Positions 34,046 to 45,059 of a stretch of DNA of 64,000 nucleotides are shown here, one piece after another. The first letter of the stretch is position 1; each line of letters begins with the position of its first letter. The position numbers and the translations under genes were made by a program. The notes under the pieces were generated by a model. That model made no database searches. It saw only the letters and a list, made by a program, of their open reading frames with translations, and was not told the DNA's origin. The stretch comes from Naegleria gruberi (taxonomy: Eukaryota): NCBI GenBank assembly GCA_000004985.1, contig GG738845.1; one strand, 5' to 3'.

Positions 34046-35692
34046 ATGTCTCTTAATGCCAACAGCAAGCCATTTGTTCCTTCTTTTTTGAATGTTTTTC
34101 CGAATACTGCCTCCTCATCATCATTACCAGTATCAACAACAAGTAATTCTTCTTCAAATAATCATCAAACACACAAATCATCAAGGAGTAAAAAGTCTTC
34201 ATTATCCTCGGAACCTAAAAGAAAACAAGGGAATGCCAATATGGCCGGTTACAATTTGAATTTTCCCACTGTTGCTAGTGCTGACAATGAAGAATCACCT
34301 CAACAATCAGCAAAATTTTCATATAAAGACATTTTGACAAGTACACCAATTAGTTTGCTTCCCAATAATTTAGAACCTACATTCAATAATCCTGTAATTA
34401 ATCAAAAGACTCTATCACCACAGAAAACTTCCGAAACCTCCAAAGCATCTCTGAAGCAAGTTGTATCTGATATTCCTATAGTGGAAAAGAAGAAGAATAA
34501 GAAATTTACATTGGCAGATCATATTGGTGAAGAAATATCAAGGAAAATCAATTTTTCATCCTCTAATACTAATTCCCATGAAAAGTCTACAGTTTCAAAA
34601 CAAGCAACAAAAACAACCAAAAAGGAAATTCCAAAGGATGACAATACTAAAAAATCATTGTCAAAAATGAATCGAGTTGAAAAGGCGTTTCTTTCTAAAG
34701 GAGATATGAAGGGAATGAAACCAATTAGATTGGAAATTCGTTCTGAGGATGCATCCAAGATTACCAACGAAGATGTCTATAATGCATTCATTAAAGCTGT
34801 GACTCATTCAACTAATGAGGAATCAACAGAAGCTCTTGTTACAGTTCTTACAAAAAAGAAAAAACCAAACAAACTAAAGAAATTAATCTTAAAGGAAAAG
34901 GAAATTAGAAAGTTGCATAATATTGCTCCAGGCGAATTTTTGGATGTTAAGAAATTTTTAAAGAATTTGAAAGAGGATACAGAGACTGAATCAGTTGTAA
35001 TTGAAATAGTACCTGAAAAAACAGAAGAAACAACCATATTAGAAAATTCAAAAACAATATTAACAAAAGAGGATGACTCATCTGATGGAGAGGAAAAGCT
35101 TGTTGCAGATGATGAAATGGACATCCTCTCTATTGCCGAGTCAATGGAGGTTGTTCTCAAAAATTCAAATGAAAGAAAAATTAGAGAATATGTAAATTAC
35201 CCTCTGGATCCTGATTATGAGAATATCATTTTTCAAATGTTGACCAAACTTCAATTCTATCAGTTCAGATTGAAAAAAACAGATAAGAAAAAGTTCAAAC
35301 AAAGATTGAGATATGTGATTGGTATAAGAGAGGTACTCAAGGGATTAAAACTAAAACATATCAGAGCCGTAGTAATTGCTCCAAACATTGATAAGGTTAC
35401 TACTCCAGGTGGACTTGACACAAAGATTGAGGAAATTATTCAAAAGTGTAATGAACAAGAGCTACCAGTATTCTTTGCTTTGACAAAGAAGAAACTTGGA
35501 ACTGCCATGAAAACTTCAACCAAAATTAGTCTAGTTGGTTTGTATAGTATGGATGGTGCTTTTGATGAATTCAAGAAGGCAAAACAAATTGTGGAGGAAA
35601 AATTACTTGCCATTGAAAAACAAAAGAAAGAGCAAAACAGATCCGGTTCTGTTTGTACAGAACAACCTGGAAATGTTGATTTGAAGAATTAG
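34046..35692 (+). CDS. SECISBP2: Lys-rich protein with a C-terminal L7Ae/L30e-type RNA-binding domain; best resemblance to SECIS-binding protein 2 (SBP2).
   Basis: C-terminal region RLRYVIGIREVLKGLKLKHIRAVVIAPNIDKVTTPGGLDTKIEEIIQKCNEQELPVFFALTKKKLGTAMKTSTKISLVGL has the L7Ae-fold signature and closely parallels the SBP2 L7Ae module as I recall it (from memory, not database-checked). A long K/E/S-rich N-terminal region precedes it. Confidence 0.45.
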   Translation: MSLNANSKPFVPSFLNVFPNTASSSSLPVSTTSNSSSNNHQTHKSSRSKKSSLSSEPKRKQGNANMAGYNLNFPTVASADNEESPQQSAKFSYKDILTSTPISLLPNNLEPTFNNPVINQKTLSPQKTSETSKASLKQVVSDIPIVEKKKNKKFTLADHIGEEISRKINFSSSNTNSHEKSTVSKQATKTTKKEIPKDDNTKKSLSKMNRVEKAFLSKGDMKGMKPIRLEIRSEDASKITNEDVYNAFIKAVTHSTNEESTEALVTVLTKKKKPNKLKKLILKEKEIRKLHNIAPGEFLDVKKFLKNLKEDTETESVVIEIVPEKTEETTILENSKTILTKEDDSSDGEEKLVADDEMDILSIAESMEVVLKNSNERKIREYVNYPLDPDYENIIFQMLTKLQFYQFRLKKTDKKKFKQRLRYVIGIREVLKGLKLKHIRAVVIAPNIDKVTTPGGLDTKIEEIIQKCNEQELPVFFALTKKKLGTAMKTSTKISLVGLYSMDGAFDEFKKAKQIVEEKLLAIEKQKKEQNRSGSVCTEQPGNVDLKN

Positions 35693-35717
35693 AATATTTT
35701 ACATTTTATTTTACAAT

Positions 35718-36752
35718 TTATAATCTTAGCATGTTGTCATCTTCGGTTCCTTTGATTTTTCCTTCAAACCATGTCAGAATGGCTGTAAAATGTTTCAAAT
35801 CCACATTAATTTCACCAAGAGAATCAATAATATTGTTAGACTCAACTTTAGGTTTGTTATTGTCACTCAATAACGTCAATAATTCCTCTGTCCTTTCACA
35901 AAACTTTTCTTCCTGTTTGTTCAATTCCTTTCCTTTGAGTGTTTGATAGAGTAAGAATGCTGCCAATTTAATATAATGTCTTTTTTCCAATGGATTTTGT
36001 AATTTCCTAGGCTTTTCTTTTCCCAACGCAAGAATGTCAGCAAGATCCATCAATTTTAAGCTTGGTAATGCCTTTTGTTTTGGATCAAAACCTCTTTCAA
36101 TTTTCTTTGTTTTTCTCAGTAATATTTTGAGAATAAATTTTGCTCTCTTTTCACTAGATTGGAAGCTTGGGTAACTATTCATAAATTCATTAATGTGCAT
36201 CTTGTTGTCTTCTCCTCTTTCAACACATGAGTAAGACAATTGAGCCATCTTGTTGTTTTTAAATTCTGTGAAATTTGAATTGATTGAATCAAATAATATA
36301 AAACGATCGTCCTTATCATCGAGAAGGGCAGGATCAAATTGAGGCTGATCACTAGGTGACCCAGTGAAAGAGCCAGTAAATGAAGATTTGATAAATGAAG
36401 ACGACAGGCTAGGACTGTCGGAACTAGAATTGTCGTTATTTGAGGCAGAATTTGATGCTGCTGTTGATAGAACTTCACTATTGTGGTAGTCCTTCCTTAG
36501 TGATTCAAATCTCATCTCATAATAAACGTCATCGAAGGGTATTTCAGTCGAGTATTCCTCTTGGATCACCTTAGAAGGAAGTCGAGGGGATTTTGGCACC
36601 TGTGGAGACAATGTTTCTTGCAAGCTATAATTCGGAGGTAAACTATGAGAGACAATTCTCTTGGTAATTTGCTCTGGTTGTGGTAATTTGATTGCATCCC
36701 CAAAATCTAAGGCTATAAGTCTGTGCTCTTCTACTGAGCATGCTGTACCCAT
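35718..36752 (-). CDS. Hypothetical protein, N-terminal MGTACS (N-myristoylation consensus), 344 aa.
   Basis: ATG at 36752; MGxxxS start; Ser/Asn-rich middle; no family recognised. Confidence 0.35.
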   Translation of the reverse strand: MGTACSVEEHRLIALDFGDAIKLPQPEQITKRIVSHSLPPNYSLQETLSPQVPKSPRLPSKVIQEEYSTEIPFDDVYYEMRFESLRKDYHNSEVLSTAASNSASNNDNSSSDSPSLSSSFIKSSFTGSFTGSPSDQPQFDPALLDDKDDRFILFDSINSNFTEFKNNKMAQLSYSCVERGEDNKMHINEFMNSYPSFQSSEKRAKFILKILLRKTKKIERGFDPKQKALPSLKLMDLADILALGKEKPRKLQNPLEKRHYIKLAAFLLYQTLKGKELNKQEEKFCERTEELLTLLSDNNKPKVESNNIIDSLGEINVDLKHFTAILTWFEGKIKGTEDDNMLRL

Positions 36753-36924
36753 TTTTTTTGAATAATTACTGTATTTTAACAGGTAGTATTTATTAGCAAC
36801 AGTTTTTAACAACTTTAGAATGAAAGAAAAGAACTGGTCATTATCATGTTGAACAGAGTTTAGCCCCACATTTTCTTATCAAGGTTTGGCGCCAAAATGG
36901 TTACGAAAATAAAGCAAAAAAAAA

Positions 36925-38316
36925 ATGAACGAACCAACCTCATGCAAGGATAGCTTGGATACGCAAGCCATTCTTCAATCTTCATCTTCATATTCGGGTA
37001 CATCATCATTTAATCCCATCATATCATCAGTTCAGGATTACTTAAATCAAGCAAACACAAAGAAGGAAATAGGGTTTGCTGATCTCTGTTTGTCTGACAA
37101 ACAAAAACTTGCCCAAATGTTTAAAAAGCTGGATGACAGTCACAAGGAAGCCAGAAAATACAAAAAGTTATATGAGGAAGAGGCACAAAAGAATGAGGAA
37201 TTAATTCAAAAGTATACTGAACAACAGGAAATATTTGAACGAGAGTCAACCGAGTTGAAAGGAAAATACAATATTAGCCTTTCTAAACTTAAAAAATTGA
37301 AAGACAAGAGTGATGTAATCATAACAAGATTGGCAGAAGAAAGAGAGAAGGAGCAACAAGAAAGAGTTTCAGAAGTCTCTTTTTTAAGAGAAGAAAATAA
37401 GCGAATGTTGGAAAGATATGGAGCTCTCCAAAGAGATAACGTAAAAATTCAAAGACAAGTGGAAGAATTAGAAATCAATAGAATGTCACTAGTGTTACAA
37501 AAGAAGGAAACAAGGGAATTGTCAACACAAACTGAAACTGAACCAACTCTGCCAACAGAAGAAAAGGAACAACAAACAAGTACCATTGTTTCCACACCAG
37601 TCAAGTTGAGTGAAACAAAATCAATTGCTCTTGAAAAAAAGATACTCGATAAAAAGACTAGAGATTTAGAAGCTCTGTTAAAAAAGCTTTCTCCTGAAAG
37701 GGAACCAAAAGTCACACAAAAGGATACCATTCAAAAGGAAACAAAATATTCACCAACAAAAGAAGACAGAAGGAAAGATGTTTCAATAGAAAACTCTCCT
37801 TCAATATCAGACATTTCTAACAAATCACCTCTACTAGACTATTTAGCCACTCCAAGGAAGGGAAGCAAAGAGTCCACCCATCTCACAACATCAAAGAAAG
37901 TTATTGACAGAACGGTGGATGATTCTGATTTGCTCAATATTGTACAAAAGTCAGACAAGATTAGAAAAGAATCACCACACAAACTCATTACAAACCATGT
38001 TAATATTGTTTTTGAGAGAGAAGCATCTTCAAGTTTTGATAAGGACTTTATGTTGGAAGACCCAATCACCAAACAACCTCCCAAACCAGAAAAACATCCT
38101 GAGAAGAGGAATAATAGCTATTCGTTTTCAGAATCATTTATTACTGATAGTGATTATTCAGATTCAGAAGATGAGGGAGAATACTATGATGAAGATTCAT
38201 TGCTTAATGTGGTTAAAGTTTTGGAACAACAACAAAATATGAGAGCCTCTTCCTCCATTTCCTCATCTTACGCTGTTACTGATTCTTCAATTGAGGGTAA
38301 AAATTGGTTTGAATAA
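36925..38316 (+). CDS. Coiled-coil protein, hypothetical, 463 aa.
   Basis: ATG after an A9 run. Long K/E-rich heptad region (EEAQKNEELIQKYTEQQEIFERESTELKGKY...) with an acidic Ser-rich C-terminus. Confidence 0.35.
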   Translation: MNEPTSCKDSLDTQAILQSSSSYSGTSSFNPIISSVQDYLNQANTKKEIGFADLCLSDKQKLAQMFKKLDDSHKEARKYKKLYEEEAQKNEELIQKYTEQQEIFERESTELKGKYNISLSKLKKLKDKSDVIITRLAEEREKEQQERVSEVSFLREENKRMLERYGALQRDNVKIQRQVEELEINRMSLVLQKKETRELSTQTETEPTLPTEEKEQQTSTIVSTPVKLSETKSIALEKKILDKKTRDLEALLKKLSPEREPKVTQKDTIQKETKYSPTKEDRRKDVSIENSPSISDISNKSPLLDYLATPRKGSKESTHLTTSKKVIDRTVDDSDLLNIVQKSDKIRKESPHKLITNHVNIVFEREASSSFDKDFMLEDPITKQPPKPEKHPEKRNNSYSFSESFITDSDYSDSEDEGEYYDEDSLLNVVKVLEQQQNMRASSSISSSYAVTDSSIEGKNWFE

Positions 38317-38399
38317 TTTGCACAGTCATAAGTGAAACTACAATTGAGAGAAACAATGTGGCTTGTTGCTTTATATTTTTCTTCACCAACTTCAAAAAA

Positions 38400-41300
38400 A
38401 TGAGCAGAAATAAAAATGCGCTCAAGAGAGCAGCGATGAGTGGAATTTCGTTCGAAGAGGATGAAGAGAATCAACAAGACAATACGTTTGAAACAACTTC
38501 CGAACAAAATCTTGAACAAGAAATTAATGATGACTATGAAGAACAATTAAAAGCACAAGAATTATTTTTAAAACAACAAGCTAAACCTTCTGTTCAACAA
38601 GTGAAAAAATCCAAATTTGCCATGGAGAAGGAACAACGAGCATCACAGAATGATGCACCAAAGAATATTCTCCGAATTTTTAATAACACAACTATTGTAG
38701 AGAGAGACATTTCTAAAAGTTCGATCACTTTACCAACAATTCCTAGTCAACCACAACCTTTTCCAACTTTAAAACAACCCACACTAACATTCTTGGGAAG
38801 AAGAAAAAAGCAAGAGGAAAAAACTAAACCATTGGAAAAATCAAAACAAACACTGGCACCAACAATTGAAAAGCCAGTATTGGAAAAAATTGAAAAACTA
38901 AAACATGTTCAAAATGAAAGAGTCTCAGAAGAAGACTCTATTGATAAAGAAAGTGACAAGATGCTTTCTGAAATGTCTAATGAAGAAATACAAGAGGCTC
39001 AAGAACAGATTTTAAAGAATTTTGATTCTTCCCTCATTAACTTGCTCAAAAATAGAGGATTGAAAAAGAAGCAGGCAAAGGAGAAATCTACTTTTAATCC
39101 TAAAGATATCACACCAAAAGAACCAGTTAAAATGTCACAAGAAGAAAAGAAGGAAATTATTGAAAAGGATATTACTGAAATTATTGAAAAAATTAAAGAT
39201 AGTTTGAATCCAAGTGAACTCAAAAATGTAAAAGATGAAGAGGAAAAGCTAAAGTGGATTGTTGGTGGTCAAGAGATTATTGCCGAGTCTGAGGAAGAAA
39301 AAAAGGACAATAGTAGATTCAAGCCTCTTAGATTTGATTTGGAAGGTAACGTAATCGATAAGAACAAAGAATACCACGTCCAATCAGGTCTTTACCATCA
39401 TGGAGGAGATCAATCGGAAGCTGGTTATACTATTCTTGAAATTTTCCAACTTATTAGAAGCAGTGTGATCAATCAGAGAATAATTAATATCAAGCTTCTC
39501 TCTTCAATCATCAAAAAAATTGGCTCAAACAATTCATTTGAACTCATTGAATATTTAGAATCCAAGTATGAATTATTCAAGACGATATTTTGGTTTGGAT
39601 ATGCAGATGCTACAAATGGGAGTCCAACCGTTCTCCACAAAAATCTAAACCTAATTACTGTAACATCAGAGCTCGTTAGAACACTGTTATCTACCCTCTA
39701 CTCGAAACAAGATGAGATAAATCAAATGATTACTCGAGATTCATTTGATTTTGGTTTACATACACTCAATAATTCCATTTCCGAAAAAGTAGACATTATC
39801 AAAAAGTATGAAAAGGATATTACCCAACATGTAATTTCTGACATGGTGTCAATTTTAGAATGTGAGGATGACAATACTTTGTTAGAATGTGTTTTGGATT
39901 GTTTAGCTCTATTTTCAAGGTACTCTTTGACCGTTGCCTCAAAGATAGTTCAGGAAATGCTTAAAAAGTTTGCTTTTAAGGGTTTTAATAGCTCACTTTT
40001 TTACAAATCGCCAAGATTGGCAACAAATTATGCCAAGATGTGTTCTGCACTTGCTTGTCATGGAAAGAATATTTGTGAAAGAATTATTAAGAATACTAAT
40101 ATTATTGATATTTCTAAACAATATTTGACACTTTGTCTTTCAGAACAAAATGAAGAATTGTTAGAATTTTGTAACGAGTTGGTATCATTTATAGTTGCCT
40201 GTACCAGTTACAAGATCGTCAGTGTTATGCATCTATTCTGTCAAGAAATGTTTCCAAATCTTGTTACCATCATCCAGTTAGCCTTTAAGAAGAATCACCA
40301 AGCCATAAGATTGTCAAAACATTGCTTATTTTTGATGCAAGTCTATATGGAATCAAAGTCAGCACTCTCCTTCCCATCCTTTGAAGATAAGGACGAAGTA
40401 GATGAAAATTCTATTGGTCATTTGGAAAATTTCATTTTGGAAGATTGTCCATTATTAGCTGTCAAGGCCCTTAAAAGTGGTATGGAATCTTTGTGTATTA
40501 GATTTCTGTACTTTATTTGCACGTTTTATGATAATTTTTATTGTAATCCAAACAGTGATTTCGCAAGATTTATTTCCAAGGATGATATTGACACAACATC
40601 ACAAATTCTTATGGTAATGAAAAGAGTAGAAAATAGAGTATTTTATCAAGAGATCTATCAGTGGGCTGAATTAATTTTGAATCAATTAGAAAGTTTAGAA
40701 AACTCTGCAGATAACTTTGAAACCATTACCAAATTACTTGCAAACATTACATCTGTTGTAACCATTTGCTATTTTAGTTCCAAGTCATTCAAGCACCTGT
40801 TTGGAGTTTTGTATAATGATATTCATTTCGAGTCGCTATTGTTGAGAATTTACAATTCAGTATTTACCAAGTATTTGTTTACTAAGGAGTTTTATAGCAA
40901 GTCCCTCTTTTCAGAGAATCCTCTCAGATACAAGTACTTTATTCTAAGAGAACGTTTTTTCAATCTGAGCTTTTACTTTTTAAAGTTGTATACATATGAG
41001 AAAACAAGACTCAAGGATTTAATTTCTAGTGATCAGATTTGCAATTTGGCTTTGTTTACCTCTTCCTTACTCGAACCAATCAAATTCAAGGGTGACAGGT
41101 ATCTTTTCTTTTACATTTTACAAACATTTGTATTGAATTATCACCCTACCCTTTTGAATTACTTGGATAAGGATTTGTTTGAAGTTTCACAAAGCGAATC
41201 TGAGAAGGATAATATTATTGAAAGTAACAATATTCAGGTTGGAGCTCCTTTCCATTCACAAGAGTTTGAGCCAACTAGTCCAAGTGATTGGATTTACAAA

Positions 41301-42173
41301 TCAATTGAATACTATTATATTAACAGATTGGATGAAACAAAGAATGTTGGTCTAATTGTTGACACATTGAAATTTATTTTAACGCTTACTTATGGATCGA
41401 ACTTTAGAAATGACCCACAATTTTCTACTTCATCTCAACAATCTTACATTAATGTATTTTATCCAAAAGTTATTCAATTTGCAAATATTATGAAAATATT
41501 CCTTATGGATACTGATATTTTCTTTATTGATTCAGTACAACAGTTATTGCAAACATGGGTTGATACATATTTTGAGGAACAATATTTACTTCAAAAAGCG
41601 AACTCTTACCCATACGCTACAAATCCATTCAGAGGATTTGCTAAAATGGAGACCATGGAAGATATTTTCTTCCAAATGTTTAAAGATTTTATTGAACAAC
41701 AGACATCAGCATCATTTAATCAGTCAACATTTGCCCAGTATGTTCTTAGCTTCTTTGTACACACCAATATTTGGAGTTCAAAATACAGAAATCATATTGT
41801 GAATGAGTTGACCTTTAAACAAATCAGAGTTTTAAATATTGGAAATGAATGGTTGAGCAAACTCTCTATATTCCCAAATGAAACTAATTTGGATCTGATT
41901 GTACTGTATTTGAAGAGATTTCTGGCTGTGATTTCAAAAGAGGACTTGGAGGGCTGTTTTATTTTCAAATATATGGCCTATCATGTTTGTGCAAGCCTTC
42001 CATCCCTATCAGCTGAGTGGTCAGTCGAACAAAAATCAATCATTTCCATATTGTTTGAATCTGTTTCAAATGAAGCTGTCAAGAATTATATCCTCCACAT
42101 ACTATCCGAAAAGAATAGCTTATCATCTATTGACCAACTTATTGAAAGGCTAAAGGAAAGAAAAATAAGATGA
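38400..42173 (+). CDS. RPAP1: RNA polymerase II-associated protein 1 (RPAP1/Rba50-like), single exon, about 1257 aa.
   Basis: The segment FKPLRFDLEGNVID...SGLYHHGGDQSEAGYTILEIFQLIRSSVINQRIINIKLL matches the RPAP1 N-domain signature (HHG..AGY..E...L.RS....QR). Large helical C-terminal region. Confidence 0.55.
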   Translation: MSRNKNALKRAAMSGISFEEDEENQQDNTFETTSEQNLEQEINDDYEEQLKAQELFLKQQAKPSVQQVKKSKFAMEKEQRASQNDAPKNILRIFNNTTIVERDISKSSITLPTIPSQPQPFPTLKQPTLTFLGRRKKQEEKTKPLEKSKQTLAPTIEKPVLEKIEKLKHVQNERVSEEDSIDKESDKMLSEMSNEEIQEAQEQILKNFDSSLINLLKNRGLKKKQAKEKSTFNPKDITPKEPVKMSQEEKKEIIEKDITEIIEKIKDSLNPSELKNVKDEEEKLKWIVGGQEIIAESEEEKKDNSRFKPLRFDLEGNVIDKNKEYHVQSGLYHHGGDQSEAGYTILEIFQLIRSSVINQRIINIKLLSSIIKKIGSNNSFELIEYLESKYELFKTIFWFGYADATNGSPTVLHKNLNLITVTSELVRTLLSTLYSKQDEINQMITRDSFDFGLHTLNNSISEKVDIIKKYEKDITQHVISDMVSILECEDDNTLLECVLDCLALFSRYSLTVASKIVQEMLKKFAFKGFNSSLFYKSPRLATNYAKMCSALACHGKNICERIIKNTNIIDISKQYLTLCLSEQNEELLEFCNELVSFIVACTSYKIVSVMHLFCQEMFPNLVTIIQLAFKKNHQAIRLSKHCLFLMQVYMESKSALSFPSFEDKDEVDENSIGHLENFILEDCPLLAVKALKSGMESLCIRFLYFICTFYDNFYCNPNSDFARFISKDDIDTTSQILMVMKRVENRVFYQEIYQWAELILNQLESLENSADNFETITKLLANITSVVTICYFSSKSFKHLFGVLYNDIHFESLLLRIYNSVFTKYLFTKEFYSKSLFSENPLRYKYFILRERFFNLSFYFLKLYTYEKTRLKDLISSDQICNLALFTSSLLEPIKFKGDRYLFFYILQTFVLNYHPTLLNYLDKDLFEVSQSESEKDNIIESNNIQVGAPFHSQEFEPTSPSDWIYKSIEYYYINRLDETKNVGLIVDTLKFILTLTYGSNFRNDPQFSTSSQQSYINVFYPKVIQFANIMKIFLMDTDIFFIDSVQQLLQTWVDTYFEEQYLLQKANSYPYATNPFRGFAKMETMEDIFFQMFKDFIEQQTSASFNQSTFAQYVLSFFVHTNIWSSKYRNHIVNELTFKQIRVLNIGNEWLSKLSIFPNETNLDLIVLYLKRFLAVISKEDLEGCFIFKYMAYHVCASLPSLSAEWSVEQKSIISILFESVSNEAVKNYILHILSEKNSLSSIDQLIERLKERKIR

Positions 42174-42186
42174 TTCAATAAAGAGT

Positions 42187-43474
42187 TTATTTAGTAAATC
42201 TGGAAGGTTTGGAATACAATGCAGGTGGAAACATGACCTCCTTAATATTTTGGATTATTCCACGATTGTAAAAGCTCAAATCAAGAGATTTTCCATTTGT
42301 TGCCATATCAATCATTCTCTCTAACATTTTCATCTTCCATTCCTTTCGCACTTGCTTTTTCTTTTCAGTATTCTTCTTTTGAACTTCGTCTTGAGATTCC
42401 TCTTCTTCCTCTTCTTGATAGAGTTGATCATAAAGCTCTTGCAAATTGAACATTTTTCCTCCATTCTTTTTCTTTGTTTCAACATATCTGGTAACAACTT
42501 TCCACAACTCTTCCAAATCCTTCTTCTTGAAAGTTTCGCTAGTGGTGGTATTTGTGCAAACTAAATAGAAATGATAAAGCCAAAATCCAAAAATCATCAA
42601 TCCGCATGCTGCAATAAAGAACAATTGAGCAATTATCATAATGTGACGAGAGAGCATATATTGAATAATAATTGAAACAGATGCAGAAACTCTTTCTCCC
42701 TTATTATTCATAAATGTAGAACTCCACAAATTTTCCTCATCCACCAAACTCATCAATGTTTGAACATAAATATAAACTGCATAAACTACTAGAAGGAAAT
42801 TGCAAATCAAAAACGAGTGGAACCATCTATAATTCAACTCACCAACATCATTATTCAGCCATCCACAATAGTGATCAAATTTAGCAACACATTTTCCAGA
42901 AAGAGGACAGTGTTTAGAACGAGCTGGTCGAACAATATCACAAGTTGAACATTTTCTCTCGGAAATGTACATAACTTCATCGTATGGGAACGATTTTTCA
43001 AATTGTCTTTCCGTCTTTTTGGTAATAAATCCAGGATCAGAGAAGGAGGCAATCAAGAATGAACAATAGGTTATGATAAGTGCAACAAGGCCAGTGTAAC
43101 GATGATATTCTGGGATGTAAAGATTCGGAATTTCTCTGAATACTGTTACCAAGTAGAGAGCAACATTGATGCTGATAAGAGCCAAATAAACAATCTGTAC
43201 AGATAAATACGTAATAAATTAATGTATAATTTTGTGATCTAAATCTTACCTGCAAAATCGGATTTCTTGTATGGAGGAAATACTTTTCTGCACGTTTCAA
43301 ACATCCAATTCCGCAACACATTGAACAAATACGTTTAGGGCATTGTGTTAGGAATTTGTAGAATTTTCCAATATATCCATTCTTGTGGAAATCTGTTGGT
43401 CCCATCAAGAGTGTATACAGAATGAGGCCAGCCAATAGAGCATAACCATACAGAAAGATGAGGATTCCTAACAT
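42187..43474 (-). CDS. DHHC-type palmitoyltransferase with variant DHYC motif. Exons 43250..43474 and 42187..43194, intron 55 nt.
   Basis: Cys-rich domain CSTCDIVRPARSKHCPLSGKCVAKFDHYCGWLNNDVG flanked by TM helices. GTAAGA..GTACAG intron, phase 0. Ends 13 nt from the RPAP1 stop (convergent). Confidence 0.7.
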
Positions 43475-43649
43475 TTTTTTTGAAGTTTTTATTCTTTGTT
43501 ATCTTGGCTAATGAATCATGGTTGTTTCCTCATTATTATCAATCCTGTGTGTGATGGATCCATTATTGTTGTAATAATTGTGACCAGAGAGTGTTGAAAA
43601 CCTGGTTGGGTTTAGGTCGAATTATTCCTATTATCTACAACTTGTCAAT

Positions 43650-44075
43650 CTATTTGGTATCTGAAATTTTCTTCAAAATTTGACTCATTTGATGTTTGAG
43701 GACTGGCTGACCTCTGTTATTGGTTCTTCTCATGTATTTTCTCTTCTTTTCTCTTTCGTAATGTTTACGTTGGAGTTCCTCCTTGGCCTTGTTTTTTTCC
43801 TCTATTGCCTGTTGTTTTTCCATTTGTTTTCTTTCGAATTCCTCTCTTTCTTTTTTGAATGGATCTTTCTTGGTTTCCTTCTTTTCCTTCACTTTTTCCA
43901 TCTTTCTTTTATGTTGTTTGATAGAATCATCAAAATCATAGCCCATCTTGGAGATAGTCTTGAGATAAGAGTAGGCAACCTTCTTCTTTTCTTCCTTGTC
44001 CTTTGAAATTTTATTTAATTTTCTTTTATATTCAATATCGGACTTGCTTTCTGTGAGTCTTTCCAAGTTATTCAT
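43650..44075 (-). CDS. Lys/Glu-rich basic coiled-coil protein, nucleolar-type; hypothetical.
   Basis: ORF 43650..44144; first in-frame ATG at 44075; KEKKETKKDPFKKEREEFERKQMEKQQ-type composition. Confidence 0.3.
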   Translation of the reverse strand: MNNLERLTESKSDIEYKRKLNKISKDKEEKKKVAYSYLKTISKMGYDFDDSIKQHKRKMEKVKEKKETKKDPFKKEREEFERKQMEKQQAIEEKNKAKEELQRKHYEREKKRKYMRRTNNRGQPVLKHQMSQILKKISDTK

Positions 44076-44342
44076 TTGGGGTTTGTTTGTACCCCTCTTT
44101 TTATGTGGTAGGCATTTTTTTGTTGTTTTTTTGATCTTCAACAAAGCTATTAATATTTCTCTTAAATCTCGTTGGTACCTCTTTCATCTCCAATTAAGGA
44201 TCATTTTATTTCATAACGGTTGCGAAATAGACTTTAAAAAAACTACAACAACAGGCGTTAAGGAAATTCGTTATTAATCACAACAATAAACTCCTCATCA
44301 AATCTTCATCTCTTGGTTATAGTAATAAAATAGCTTGTAAAT

Positions 44343-45059
44343 ATGCTCTCAGCAAGGAAAAAAGTTTCAGAAAATCCAGTGGATGTTCTTGGCAATAATC
44401 ATACATATGGCAAAAAGGTTGTTCCTGATGTTGAAGGGGCTCTCAAAGTAGTGCTTTCGTGGAAGGAAAATCAACCTCATAGAGATGAAACACCAGATAG
44501 AGATTTTAAGAAATTAAATGTGCTTAGTTTAAAGGAAAAACAAGTGTCTTCCTCTCAAATTTCGAACTTTAGAAAAAGTCACGATGCAAGAATAACCTCC
44601 CACAAGAAGGAAAAGAAAGCAGATCTTCTCCCTTCGGATGTAGATCCAAGCTTTGCTTATGGACATAGGAATGTTTTTGACCAAAAAGCTAAAGATTTGA
44701 TGGAACATCGATTCGCAGAGGAATGGGCAAAGAAAAAGGAAGAAACTGATCGTAGATTTAAGGAAGACAAAAAGCAAGAAATGTTATCATCTGTAAATAC
44801 AAGAGCAAAGTTGGATATTATGAAACGATCAGAGGATGCCAAAATCAAATTAACCCCCAGAGAGGACGATAGTTCCAATCAATTCAAAATGACAAAATTC
44901 AAAAATGTTCCTTCAAAAGTTGATTGTAAGAGAGATAGTCATCCTGGATATTCATTTAACAACAATGATACCTCCAATGGAGGTATTGATAATCAACACT
45001 ACAACAACCACAACAATCGCCATAGAACTGAATACACAATACACGTTGACCACGATTAA
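44343..45059 (+). CDS. Hypothetical protein, 238 aa.
   Basis: ATG at 44343; single ORF; basic, with an N/H-rich tail; no family recognised. Confidence 0.35.
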   Translation: MLSARKKVSENPVDVLGNNHTYGKKVVPDVEGALKVVLSWKENQPHRDETPDRDFKKLNVLSLKEKQVSSSQISNFRKSHDARITSHKKEKKADLLPSDVDPSFAYGHRNVFDQKAKDLMEHRFAEEWAKKKEETDRRFKEDKKQEMLSSVNTRAKLDIMKRSEDAKIKLTPREDDSSNQFKMTKFKNVPSKVDCKRDSHPGYSFNNNDTSNGGIDNQHYNNHNNRHRTEYTIHVDHD

